DNA from: Octopus bimaculoides
Taxonomy: Eukaryota
Length of the DNA stretch: 64,000 nucleotides
Direction: 5' to 3'
NCBI RefSeq assembly: GCF_001194135.2
Contig: NC_068991.1
Location: 44,261,388-44,325,387 of the forward strand
The position numbers and the translations under genes were made by a program. Of the stretch, positions 41,564-53,798 are shown piece after piece. Position 1 is the first letter of the stretch. Each line of letters begins with the position of its first letter. The notes below the pieces were generated by a model. That model saw nothing but the letters and a program-made list of their open reading frames with translations, was not told the origin of the DNA and did not search any database.

Positions 41564-41663
41564 ACCATTATGCGAGACCGCTGGATCAATGTTGGGTATG
41601 AAGATAAAGAATTAAAGCCTTACAAAGAGCCATGTAGAGACAAGCTTGATCCTAAGCGCATAG
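41564..41663 (+). CDS. MARK: MARK alternative exon B (100 nt): TIMRDRWINVGYEDKELKPYKEPCRDKLDPKRI
   Basis: ctacag|ACCATT...CGCATAG|gtaaat; phase 0/1; same length as exon A, 21/33 residues identical, no stops. Confidence 0.9.
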
Positions 41664-44600
41664 GTAAATCAACGTTATGCAACGTTTATCAAATATTTGT
41701 AACAGGGAAGACCTTGATTTTTCTAGCATGTTTGCTACCTGTCAGTAATAGTTCAGCTCTATATTCAAAGAGGGGTGTACAGTTTGAGGAGAGAAACTGT
41801 GTGTTCACCATTATTGAGATTATGCCCAATTTACTTTTAGCTTCAAGTAGATGTGCAGGTTTTTAATAATTAAACATTTAATGTAGTTTTAAAGAATTGT
41901 TAGACATACTTTGAAATCAGTCTGTAGTTGCCTTTTAAATTGGGAAAGTAAATAACTTTTTATAGAGCTTTTATGAATCGTTGAAATAGAAATAGCTAAC
42001 AAGATTTCTCCAATAGAGGAGGAGGTTATTAACTTATCAGTATTGTTTAACATTTCATTGGCAGACCATGTGAGTAGAAAATTTATCTCACAATCACCTG
42101 ATTCAGTATTCAATCCTACTATGCAGTTTCTACTGTTGCTTCAAGTTGACCCAAGCCTTGTAAGGGAAACTAGGTAGGTAGAAAGTGTATGGAAGCTCAA
42201 CTGAGAAACTGTCTGTTGAATGGTAGATTTAACATCATTACTTGGCTTTCAGGTGCTTGTAACAGAGTTCACTCTGTTGCAGTTATTTTAGCTAGGTATT
42301 TAGTCTGAAAATAACCACACTTATGGTTTTACCCTTTCTTTCCTCTTGTTCCAGAGGTGTGCAAAATAATTAAATGTCAATAAGATTTGAAAATCTTGAT
42401 TTGATTTCATTGAAAGAAAGCTCTTGAATTTACCTATAATATTAGCCAACTATGATGTTGAGGATTCAGAGATTGGGTTGTGCTCTCTTATCATGAATCC
42501 TTCATAGAATTTTGATTATTTACATTTGAAATTTAAGTTTAGCTTTAGAGAATTCATTTAATATATGATATACATGCTTTGTTGTATATAGGTGTGCATG
42601 TACATAATGTTTGTGGCATTATATGTATATATAAACTGGGAAATAGGTATTTCAACTATTATTTCACTTATTTGTTTACCCCTCTTTGAGCTGATGTACA
42701 TTTTTACTAAAATCCTAATAACATGATTATGAAGATTCCCTGGTACAAATAGCATATTTTTCTGCTACTGCTTTATAAAAAAAAAAGAAATAATTTCAAA
42801 AGCTTCTTTGGCATTTAAGTTTCTTAAACACATTGCTTTTTAGATGCAAGTAATGTGGTTAATAAATGAACAATCACTCTTTATTTAATCCAGTTCCTAA
42901 TATCACTTGCATGCTATGCATTCACTTACCTCTTGCACTTCTCTAATTTGCATCACTTTTTCATCTGTATGTCTTTATCTTGTCTTTCCATGGATGGCTG
43001 TTGTCTTGTTCAGTGTTTTGAGTAATTTCTTTGCTGGATGTAAATTATTTATACACCTTTTCTCATTTGCTAATTTGTTCTTTTTAAAAACTATAACTCA
43101 TATTACTTAAAAGCATTCTTAGCAAATTCTGAAATTTAATTGAAACAGTGTAAAAGATATAGACTTTAAAATAAACGTGATGGTTAAAAGAATTAAATTT
43201 GGAAACTCTAATTTCTCTCAGAACACTTATTTCTTTGATATTGAATATATTTTATGGACTAGTGCTAAAAAAAAAAAAAGAGGGTCTATAAAAATGCTTT
43301 ATATGGTTCAATTAACCTATGTCCAAAGACAGTCCCTAGTGTTTTGGAAAAGTGCACTGTTCATTTTACCTATTCAACATACTCAGTTAAACAATTAGTG
43401 TATAATGAGAATTCAATCATCAAAAAGGTAAATTAAAAATACTCAACTTTTTTACATATGTAAGAAGTCCAATTAATGAAACTTTTCATGTAAACCATAA
43501 AGAATAAAAAGGAAGAAAAAGTCAATAATCAGGAATAAACACTAAAGAATATTGACCATACTATAATAATTTTGGTGTGTCATACTTAATTAGCTTTATT
43601 TTAGCCAAATTCAAAAGTGTAATGAAAAAAAAGAAAGTAACCCGCATGCACTTTTGTTGTAGTTAACACAAATATATTCAACAAGTAGTTCTTGACAGTT
43701 TAATTTTTTTTTTATTATTAATAATGGATTATTTGCTTTTCTTTTTTTAAATTTGGGATCAAATATTTGTAGCATTTATATGGATGCTATTTGTGTTTTA
43801 GGATTCTGTTGAATGTTTCTGCTGGTGGTTTTGTTGGTTTATGTTATGTCACTTCCATAGTTTACTTTCTTAAATGTTTCTATATTGAGGGGAAAAAAAG
43901 CTATTTGTTTAGTAGCTTAGTAATAGGTTTACATATATGGCTATGCACATTGTCACATTATTCATTTGCGCGCATTATATATTCTATACGCATTTCATTA
44001 ACAATTATTTGTATTTTCCTAGACTTTGAAGATTTTTTTTTATTAAAACTGCAATATACTGCAGATGTTGCAAATTTATGACTATTAGTTTCTCTTAACT
44101 TCCTAAATACTTTCTGAAAATAGTCAGATATTGGGTAGATTTCTTTTAACCACATTTGGGTGGTTCCAAAAGGAGATATTAATTAATATTAAATTAAATA
44201 TTTTCCTCTGTTGAATAACAAGATTTGATTTTGCTAGATAATTGTCATCAGTGTTGGATGACATAACAGTGTGCTTGGCTGACTACAACTTTCACTTCTA
44301 TGTCATAGTTGAATGATTGGTTAAAGGCACAAAACACTATCTCTAACAGTATGCAGTTGGACATAAAATCTACCTTGCATGCTAGCATGGGAAAATGCAG
44401 TATATTGAAAGATGTTTATAAAACTCTATTATGAGCAGAAATGCATGTGTTTATTGTCCACAAATGCTCTCTTTTTGGCATTTGTAGTCACATCTCAAAA
44501 TATGATCATTCTGGATAGTGTAAATCTTTTTGCCTCAAACTATATTGATCAATTTGAATTATTGGCAAATCTTAGTGATATTTTCATATGTTAATTTTTA

Positions 44601-45907
44601 AAATTGCCATTAGTTCTTGCAGTACTTTCTCAATATTTTGTACAATAGTTGTAAGTTGTATATTGATCTTCACATTTTTTTAGAGAAGATATTTCACAAA
44701 GTATTGGATCTAACTGATACCTGAGTAGATTGTAATATTAGCTAGTTGATGCAAGGTACTGTTATTTCTGTGTATCATTTCAGGTTAGTAGTTATACAGC
44801 AGCTCTTTTGTATGTAATGTTATAAGAGACAGATGTTTGTGTGTGAGTGTATCAACTTCATTAGTTCTTGTCTTATTAGTGCATGCAATTAGTTGATTTC
44901 CACATAATTTATTTCCTACAACCGGGTTAGTTCTAAACCAATTATTACAATTGTATAACAATATAAATGAAGTAGAAAGTGAATATGAAGTTTATCAAAT
45001 ATTTTTTTCAAATTCATTCTTTCAATTCTCTTCCCTGGTTCTTTTTTCTGGTTCTAACCAGTTGCCTGTGACCATGTTGAAGCCACATATTGTCAAAACA
45101 CTTTAGAACCCTCAAGAGTAATTTTTTCAATCAAAAGTTTTAAATATTAGGTAATTTTTCTTCAGACATTTTCATTGAAGTTAAACTGTTGTTGTCTCAA
45201 TGCTTCCATTTCATTTTGTTACTGTTTTTCCTTCTTTCTTTGGAATATAAAGAAAATGTTAATTTTCCTTGAGTGAATTAATCTGACAAAGGAATATAGG
45301 TAAAAGTTGTCAATTTCTGTCATATCTGTAGGTTTTATAAAAAAAAATTTGTTGTTGAATTTAGCTTTGTATAAATATAATTCTAAACATTGCACTAGCT
45401 TGTATTCTATATATTCCTGCAAAATCAATTTCTTTTTTTCTAATTAGTTTGGAAGAAAGAATTCTGTTTAGTTTGAAAATATACACACTTAGTTCTAATA
45501 GAGGTACAAAGTATTAAACCTCTTGATTATGTTCAGTATATATTATTTTGATGAATTTTATATTCATTCATCATTTTAACAGAACAAGTCTACTTGAATG
45601 AATTATGAATATGATTTGTTACGTAGTAATAAATATATACTATGAGTACTAAATTTAACTGTGTCTTAGTTTAATAATTATTAGTGTTTATATTTAAATA
45701 CAAAGGTTGACTGTTTTATTGGTTACTGATAATGAAAGTTTTGAAATGAAAATTCATTTTATAAGTAGACAAGTTTTTTAATCATAAGAACACATACTTG
45801 GAAAATTTTACTGTCATAGCAAACTTCACTCCTCTCTCTTTTTTTTTCATCCCACCTGTTCTGTCTGTCTGTCTCTGTCTGTCTGTCTCTGTCTGTCTGT
45901 CTCTCTC

Positions 45908-45942
<35 letters not shown>

Positions 45943-46169
45943 CTTCCCTCCCTCCACATGTAGACACAAGTCTATACGTGCCAGATCTGTGGCTAAAGTT
46001 GCTAGTGAAAGGAATGGATTTCAGTCATTTCAAGAGGTGCTCTTCATCAGATTCTACCTTCACTAGCTGTTTCTCTAGTTTGCAAGATTGACAAATGCCA
46101 TTTACTCTTTGTGTGTATCTATATTTGTATATGTTAATAGTGTATATGTATATGCATATATTGTTGCAT

Positions 46170-49020
46170 TGAACGGAGGTGTGTTGATGTATGTTGTATC
46201 CAAGAGGTAAGGTGGAGAGGAGCTTCAGCCAAGTTCCCCACAGGCAAGACACATAGGTATAAAATCTCATGGGAAGGTGACAGTGATGGAATAGGTGGTG
46301 CGGGCATACTTCTTGCAGAGAAATGGGTGGATAAGGTCATAGAGGTAGTCAGAGTACTTAAGCTCAGGCTAGTCTTGCAGAATAATATAGCTTCAATTAA
46401 ATCTGCCTGTGCTCCACAAGTGGGCCTACCAAATGAACAGAAGGACCACTTTCATGATTTTCTTCTGCAGGCTACCTCAAAGATGAGTGACAATGATCTT
46501 ATCTTTGTGGCTGGGGATTTCACTGGGCATGTTGGACGACAGCCTGGTATCTTCCATTGTGTTCATGGGGGCTATGGAATTGGTCCCCGAAACGAAGAGG
46601 GAACAAGGCTACTGGAGTTCTGTGATGCAAATAACCTTTTAATCTGAAACACCAACTTCAGGAAGCTAGCCAGCTACCTGATAATCTATCAATCTGGTGA
46701 GTCTGCTAGCCAGATTGATTTCATTCTCACCAGACAGTGGGATGCATGGTTGCTCTTAAATACAAAGACCCTCCCTGGGNNNNNNNNNNNNNNNNNNNNN
46801 NNNNNNNNNNNNNNNNNNNNNNNNNNNNNNNNNNNNNNNNNNNNNNGAAACGAAGAGGGAACAAGGCTACTGGAGTTCTGTGATGCAAATAACCTTTTAA
46901 TCTGAAACACCAACTTCAGGAAGCTAGCCAGCTACCTGATAATCTATCAATCTGGTGAGTCTGCTAGCCAGATTGATTTCATTCTCACCAGACAGTGGGA
47001 TGCATGGTTGCTCTTAAATACAAAGACCCTCCCTGGGTCTCCACCAGCATAGACTAGTCATTAGTGACTTTAGATTCCACACTAGAATGATGCCAAGAAG
47101 CAGGCCAATCTAGAAAAGAAGGATTTGGAAGCTTAATGTGGTCAGAGATTTAGGGACATCCTAATTGAGAAATTTGATGAGAGGGAAGAGGAGCTACAAA
47201 CTTGTGACCTAGAGGGCAACTGGGAATACTGTAGACAGGACTATTAGAGCAAAGAAACATGCCTGGAAGAGTGGGGGCAGCAGAGAACTATATCAAATAG
47301 CCAGAAGGTAGGAGACAGGTATATCTAGCCAAGGGAAAAGCAGACAAGAAGTTTGACTATGGTGCTGCTACACCAGTCATTGGGTATGACTCCTTCATGA
47401 GCTACAATACGGATGACTATACCATAACCCACACCTATGTTCAGCATTGTGAGAACCAAAAAACTGAAGTATTTCGGATTGCAAGACCGTGTGATGTCAT
47501 AGGAGAGAAATGTGTCCGCATGGATGATGGTGCATTTGCTTTTAATGAGCCTGCAAAAAAAAAAAAAAAAAAACGGGGGACTTGGAGATGCCATTATGAA
47601 AGACTGCTGAACATGGAAAATGACTGGGTGGAGGAGAGTTTGCCAAATGTTGACCAAATTGAAGGACCAGCTACCCAAATCGACAGTACCCAGGTAGATA
47701 AAGCAATTAAGGATATGAAGACAGGGATAAAGCAATTAAGGATATGAAGACAGGGAAAGCCCCCGGCCCATCAGGAATCACCACTAAGATGTTTAAAATA
47801 TCTGGCAGTGTGGGTTGTGGTCTAGTCACCCATATTGTAAATCAAGTAGTTTATGAAGGAGTCATATTCAATGACTGGTGTAGCAGCACCATAGCCAACT
47901 GCTGCAATGGTAAAGGTGATGCCTTAGATAGAAATATTTAGAGAGGTATCAAATTGTTGGATCAGGTGATGAAAGTTATGGAGAGAGTCATAGCCCAACT
48001 AATTGGGAAGAGAGTCAGTCTAGATGAACTGCAGTTTGGTTTTGTGCCAGGCAGAAGCACCACTAATGCTATATTTCTGGTAAGGCAATTTCAGGAGAAA
48101 TATCTAACCAAAGATAAATCTCTGTACTTGGCTTTTGTTGACTTGGAGAAAGCTTTTGACAGAGTCCCCTGATCCCTTATCTGATGGTCAATACAAAAAC
48201 TAGTGATAGATGAGTGGTTGGTGAGAGCTGTACAAGCCTTGTACAGGGATGCTACCAGTAAGGTGAGGGTGGGCAACGAGTACAGCAAAGAATTCAGGAT
48301 ACAAGTAGGGGTTTACCAAGGATCAGTGCTCAGCCCCCTCTTGTTCATCATAATCTTCCAGGCAATAACAGAGGAATTCAAGACAAGCTGCCCCTGGGAG
48401 TTTCTGTATGCTGACAACCTTGCTCTTACAGCTGAATCACTACCTGAACTGGATAAGTCCAAGTATGAAAGCAAGGTCTAAAATCAAAGGGCCTTAGAGT
48501 TAACCTAGCAAAAACCAAAGTCATAGTAAGTAGGAAGGCAGACAAATCACAAATCTCTTCAGGTAGATGGCCCAGTTGAAAAGGTCTAGGTAGAAACTCC
48601 GTAAGATGCACCCTGTGTAACCTTTGGACATATAAAAGATGCAGCAACATCAGAGGAAGGTTAACAGGGAAACTAACATTTGTATGCTGAAAATGTGCAG
48701 AAAATAGACTCGCCAGGGGGAAAAGCTAGAGGTAGTAGATAGCTTCTGTTCTTGGTGACCAAGTTCGTAGTGGAGGTGGATGCTCCAAGAGTGTAGCTGT
48801 GAGAATAAGATTAGGCTGGGCAAAGTTCAAAGAGCTCCTACCCATGTTGGTAACAAAGGCCTCTCTCTCAGAGTGAAAGGCAGATTGTTTGATGCCTGTG
48901 TGCAAACAGCTGTGCTGCATGGCAGTGAAACATGGGCCATGACAGCTGAGGACATGCGTAGGCTTGAAAGAAATGAAGTCAGTATGCTTCACTGGATGTG
49001 CAATGATCTGTGTGCATGTT
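46170..49020 (+). mobile_element. Long decayed RTE-type LINE ORF2 (APE endonuclease plus reverse transcriptase)
   Basis: VCCIQEVRWRG, GILLAEKWVDKVIEVVR, IFVAGDFTGHVG and SQIDFIL (endonuclease); QFGFVPGRSTTNAIF, LYLAFVDLEKAFDRVP, GVYQGSVLSPLLF and YADNL (RT, YADD degenerate); many stops and frameshifts. Confidence 0.92.
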
Positions 49021-50484
49021 GAGAGAAAAGTTAGGCTTAGTGTGAGGTACAAAATCATTTTAATGTAAAACTGTTTTTCTTTCTCTTTCTGTCATTTTTA
49101 ATATCTCACTCTTACGCACATATATTTTCATTTATAACAAGCACGCATTCTCATTTACGTTTCATAATACACATGTACATTTATTTGTAAACTGTATATT
49201 TAGATCACCCTAATCAAAATTCTGCTTCAAAAGTCATAGCTTGAAAATTTCAGATACTTTGTAAGGTAGAAAATATATTTTTCTCCTTTTGTTTCACATT
49301 TAAATTTGTTTAGCGTTCTTAAATAGTTAGATTTTAGCCTTTCAAAACTGAACTGTTAATTTTTATGTTTGAATTAATTTCAAATTTTATAAAACTTTTG
49401 TCCAATTTATGAATTGGAGCTGAAAATTTTAGAAGTATGAATAAATTTTAACGTGAAAGAATAAATTATTTTCTAACTAAATGGCATATAAAATTTTTGA
49501 AGATATGATTTCTAAATGATGAATTTTGATAACCTATTTAAATCTTAGGCAATTTCTGAACAGTATTTATGGTCCAATTTTGTTTTATATCAAGCAACTG
49601 AGAATAGATGAAGAGCCAATTTGCTCTGGCTTTCAGTATTTGTTTGCCATCTATTCCTGATCAACTTAGTTATAATCATCAGAAGACATAGTATATTGAG
49701 CACAACTTGATTTTATCTCTATATACAACCAAGCATTAATCTTTATATTGAAAATACAGTGCGTGGGTTGCTAGCTCTAGTAGAAACTGCATGCCCATAA
49801 AAATGAACTACTCTTGGTTCCAAATAAAAAGAATTCTGTTACAACAATCAAACAATTAAAAAGAATAGTTATCCTTTATACTTCTGGTGGGAAAGGTATA
49901 ACTTTTTCGATAAATCTTCATATTTCATTCACTCAAGAAGATTATCATTGAAGTGGTCTCATCTAGAATTGTTACAACTTGGTGGCAGGTTTGCTCAATT
50001 TGCTTTTAAAATGTCACTGAATCTTGCACACAATGTGAAATATTTTATCCTGTGAGCAGTATTGGCAAAGTATCTGGACAAGCAAATATCCTGTGAGGAA
50101 TTTGATCATGCCATACAAGGTCTCAGAAGTAGTGTTGACATCTTGAGTAATTCACAGTCATGCTCTCCGGTAACTTTAGGCTAACTCTGCCAGTCATTCT
50201 AAAAGGTACATCTGCTAATGAGTTGAGAGCAAGCTTCTAAGAAACCTGTATTTGGAGGCAAGGCAAAAGAATTCATCTTTCTGTCAACATGAGAGTTGTA
50301 CAAACCTGTTAGCAAAAATTTTTCTTTGGCTAGAGGTCATGATCAGCTGCCTGTTGACACTAAGAATACAGATTTCAAAATACAAAATAATGCAGAACAA
50401 TCATCAACACATCCCAAGGTGCTATTAAAAGTTTATCTTACCCTCTCAGAATAATAGAAACCATTAATGGCTTTCTGAACATGC

Positions 50485-50519
<35 letters not shown>

Positions 50520-51306
50520 AACATTGTGTAGGATATTAGGCCACCATAATTTAACAGGTATAAGCCTAGTCCAGATGGTGAAAGTAATTTCACACTTACT
50601 TGACAGTTAGGATGCTGCTAACTATTCAACTAAGATTTTCAGTTCTGGTACAAGACTAGCTGTCAAAATTCTTATGTTCCCATGTGATTGAGCCAACATA
50701 ATGACTGCTTGTGCCAAGAAAGATATTTTCATTTCATGCATTCCCTCCATTCCATCAGATATACCACTTCACCTCAAGCAACTTTGGTTTCTAGTGTCAT
50801 TATCTTTTTTCTATTACTGTTAACAAATTTTAAGGACAGTCCCCCAGGGTTACAAGAATTAAATTGATATGTTATAGTTCCTCACATAGCTCAATGTTGC
50901 ATGTTGTGTGTGTTGGTGTATATGTGTCATGTCTACTGTAATTTACTAACTAGCTAATATTTAATCCAATGTATCGAATGCCACTGAAATATTGATGTAC
51001 TGTTACTAACAGCTAGATAAAAGATAAAGACTTGCTTCTAGATCCCATTAAATAAAAAACCCTACAACACTTGAAAATTAAATGAAGTAACAAAAGAAAC
51101 AATTCAAATCAGATCAACTCTTATACCAGAGGGTAAAAGAACTTTAAAAACAATAGAGCAACAAATGGGGATAACTTCAATGACAGACAACATACCAAAA
51201 TGGGAAACTATGAATAGTGATATACACCTCACAACAGTGGCAGTTTTAATCCAAATAGACAAAAAATATCTTGTCATCAATTTCTCTTACTTTATGCGTG
51301 TGTTTA

Positions 51307-51309
<3 letters not shown>

Positions 51310-51368
<59 letters not shown>
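51310..51368. repeat. (AT)n microsatellite
   Basis: Pure AT run. Similar simple repeats at 35521-35584, 16880-16955 (TG), 40182-40270 (compound TG/GA/GAGT/GAAT) and 45865-45941 (CTGT/CT/CTAT). Confidence 0.95.
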
Positions 51369-51372
<4 letters not shown>

Positions 51373-52182
51373 TATATATGTGTGTGTGTGTTGTCAAACA
51401 GATTCCAAAGAGATCGTGTTGGTCTGTGTTGGCAAAGCTTTTAGTATTTAGTAAAATCAATAAAAATAGTACAGACAACTTGCCCTGGTAAGTAGAAAAT
51501 CCAGTGTTATGGGCAGTCTTTCTTCAGGTAAAAGTTGACAAGTGAGAAGATTGAGGGATTGTAGAGTTTAACATCCTCTAAGCTGCAGTCAATTTGTTTT
51601 TAACTTGAGGATGTAAAATTTTGATGTTTCTCATTAATTTCTCTCTTGTCAATTTTTCCCTGAAGAAAGACTGCCTGAAATGTTGGGTTTTCTAACCCAC
51701 ATAGCAAGTTCACTCTACTCTTTTTCTTGATTCTACTTTGTGTGTATATAATGGTATAAGATGTATAATTCATTATTATAGACTTTGAGTACTTTAAGTG
51801 CTAGTACATAGCTACTTTTGAAATTGTCACCACCTGGAATGTTAATGGTGTATGTGTGAAGAGGCATTATGCGTGTGTATGAGAAAGAGAGAGAGAGGAC
51901 AACTCAATGATGCCTTAGTTAGCCAAAACTTTGAAGTAATTGCCAATACTGTTTTTTAAAGGATAATAAGTTTGTACTCAACAAAAAGTATTGAGTAATC
52001 TTTCAATTTAATGTAAAATTGTTTTTATTATAACTCAACATAAAAACTAGTGTTGATACACATACACACAGAATATGGTAGAGAAACCTTCTGTACTTTA
52101 CACAGCCTTTAGTGTGGTGCTATGGAAATTGAGATAGTGGTACCACACACCTTTGTATGTATGCATATTCAAGTGTGTGTAT

Positions 52183-52832
52183 ACGTGGTCTGATAAATAA
52201 GTATCCGAAATATTGCCATAGTAACGGAGTTAAAGCACGCAGAGTGAAGCCACTTGATACAATTTGACTGTGAACTCTGTTGTGCATGTGCACTAAATTT
52301 TAATGTTCTAGATCACTTCTGTTGTTTACAGCAATGCATGGAAGGAAGGTGTGTAGCATGTGATCAACGCATTGACCATGACAGTGAAAGTTGAGCAGAG
52401 AATCTGCATCAAATTTGCCAAAAGCTTGGCAATACCTGCTCTGAGGCCTATGCAAAGTTTTCAAAAAGTTTTCATCTTTCTCGGCACAATCAAGATCTTG
52501 TACAACTGAAACCCGAGTGTCTTTTTGGTCAGCTAAAAGCAGTTTTGGCACAAAATTGGCAGATACACATCTCACACCCAAATCTTCAGTGATAATGGAC
52601 TGAATTGAATTGTAAACTAATCTGCACATCCTCTAATAACTTACAGATGGTGATTCAATGATTTCCTCTCGCAGCTGCATGCACATCTGCAATGTTTCTT
52701 TTCAGTTCTGCTGGTTGCAGGTCTCCCAGAACGTTTGTCAATATCAGCTTTTTTTTTTGGCCATCTTGGAAATGTCTGAACCACTCACACACGACTTTCC
52801 ATACACTTTCTGTAATTTTGTGTAGGCCTCTG
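52183..52832. mobile_element. Rearranged mariner: + strand 5' end joined to a - strand internal segment
   Basis: + strand TACGTGGTCTGATAAATAAG TIR-like start and MTVKVEQRICIKF..; - strand EAYTKLQKVYG..VCEWFRHFQDG..KRSGRPATSRTE..IITEDLGVRCVSANFVPKLL..DENFLK. Confidence 0.8.
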
Positions 52833-53502
52833 TGTGTATATATACATGTGTGTATGTGTCATGAGTGGACTTGAGCAGAAGAGTTTAAAGCATGGGGAGC
52901 AAATGGTACAGAAAGCAATCTTAATGTGATGGCAATGGGGCGGGGGAATAGTGAGCAAATGAGAGGCGGCAGCTACAATATTGCAGCCATTAAGTCTTGC
53001 CTTGTTGGTCTTGTCTCTACTCTTCTCCCAGAGTGGTTAGGTTTTCATTTCTAGGACAGTATGTCATTAATTTTGGAATCTTCTATCATTTCCTTTGTAG
53101 GGTTCACCATTCACCACATGTCTATGCATTTATGTGTTTTCATATCTAAAGCCCTTTATCTAAATGTGTGTTATGTGTATGCATATATGTGCTGCCATGT
53201 ATGCATTCCTATAAATGTGTGACATCAGTTCTTGAGAACTGTGAGTCTCCTGTCATCTTAGTTTTTTGTCAGTTATTCTGTGTGGTGCAACACCTTGAAA
53301 TCAGTCTTTGCCACTTTATCCCGCATCTTCTTGGGTCTCCCTCTTCTGTAAGTTATATATCATTGTAAGTCATCAGCACTTCTTTAACGAGCTGACCTCA
53401 TCTACATGCATAACCTACTTATACCAATACTGCCTTCTCTCTTCACACACTACATTTGTCTGTTGTGTGTTTGTATACAGATATCTACACGAGTGGACAT
53501 AT

Positions 53503-53798
53503 CATCATCATCATCATCATCGTTTAACGTCCGCTTTCCATGCTAGCATGGGTTGGACGATTTGACTGAGGACTGGTGAAACCGGATGGCAACACCAGGC
53601 TCCAATCTGATTTGGCAGAGTTTCTACAGCTGGATGCCCTTCCTAATGCCAACCACTCCGAGAGTGTAGTGGGTGCTTTTACGTGCCACTGGTACGAAGG
53701 CCAGTCAGGCAGTACTGGTAATGGCCATGCTCAACATGGCGTTTTTTACGTGCCACCTGCACAGGAGCCAGTTCGGTGGCACTGGCAATGATCTCGCT
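53503..53798 (-). mobile_element. RTE-family 3' end / associated repeat with (ATG)n tail, truncated by gap
   Basis: (CAT)n CGTTTAACGTCCGCTTTCCATGCTAGCATGGGTTGGACG...GGATGCCCTTCCTAATGCCAACCAC; best-preserved copy of a repeat seen at several other positions in the window. Confidence 0.7.

Noticed and set aside
41246-41866. 206-aa ORF running through exon B
   Set aside because: Only the 33-codon core is MARK-like and bounded by splice sites. The rest is low-complexity intron translation (FFFFLL), so it is not a separate gene.
40919-43774. 10-bp complementarity TGCTACAAAT (40919-40928) with ATTTGTAGCA (43765-43774) spanning both alternative exons
   Set aside because: It does not extend, and a match of this length is expected by chance in AT-rich kilobases; would need conservation evidence.
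46589-47037. 191-nt exact direct duplication (46589-46779 and 46847-47037) flanking an N gap
   Set aside because: Identical copies on either side of a gap are the typical signature of unmerged contig overlap, so this is an assembly artefact.
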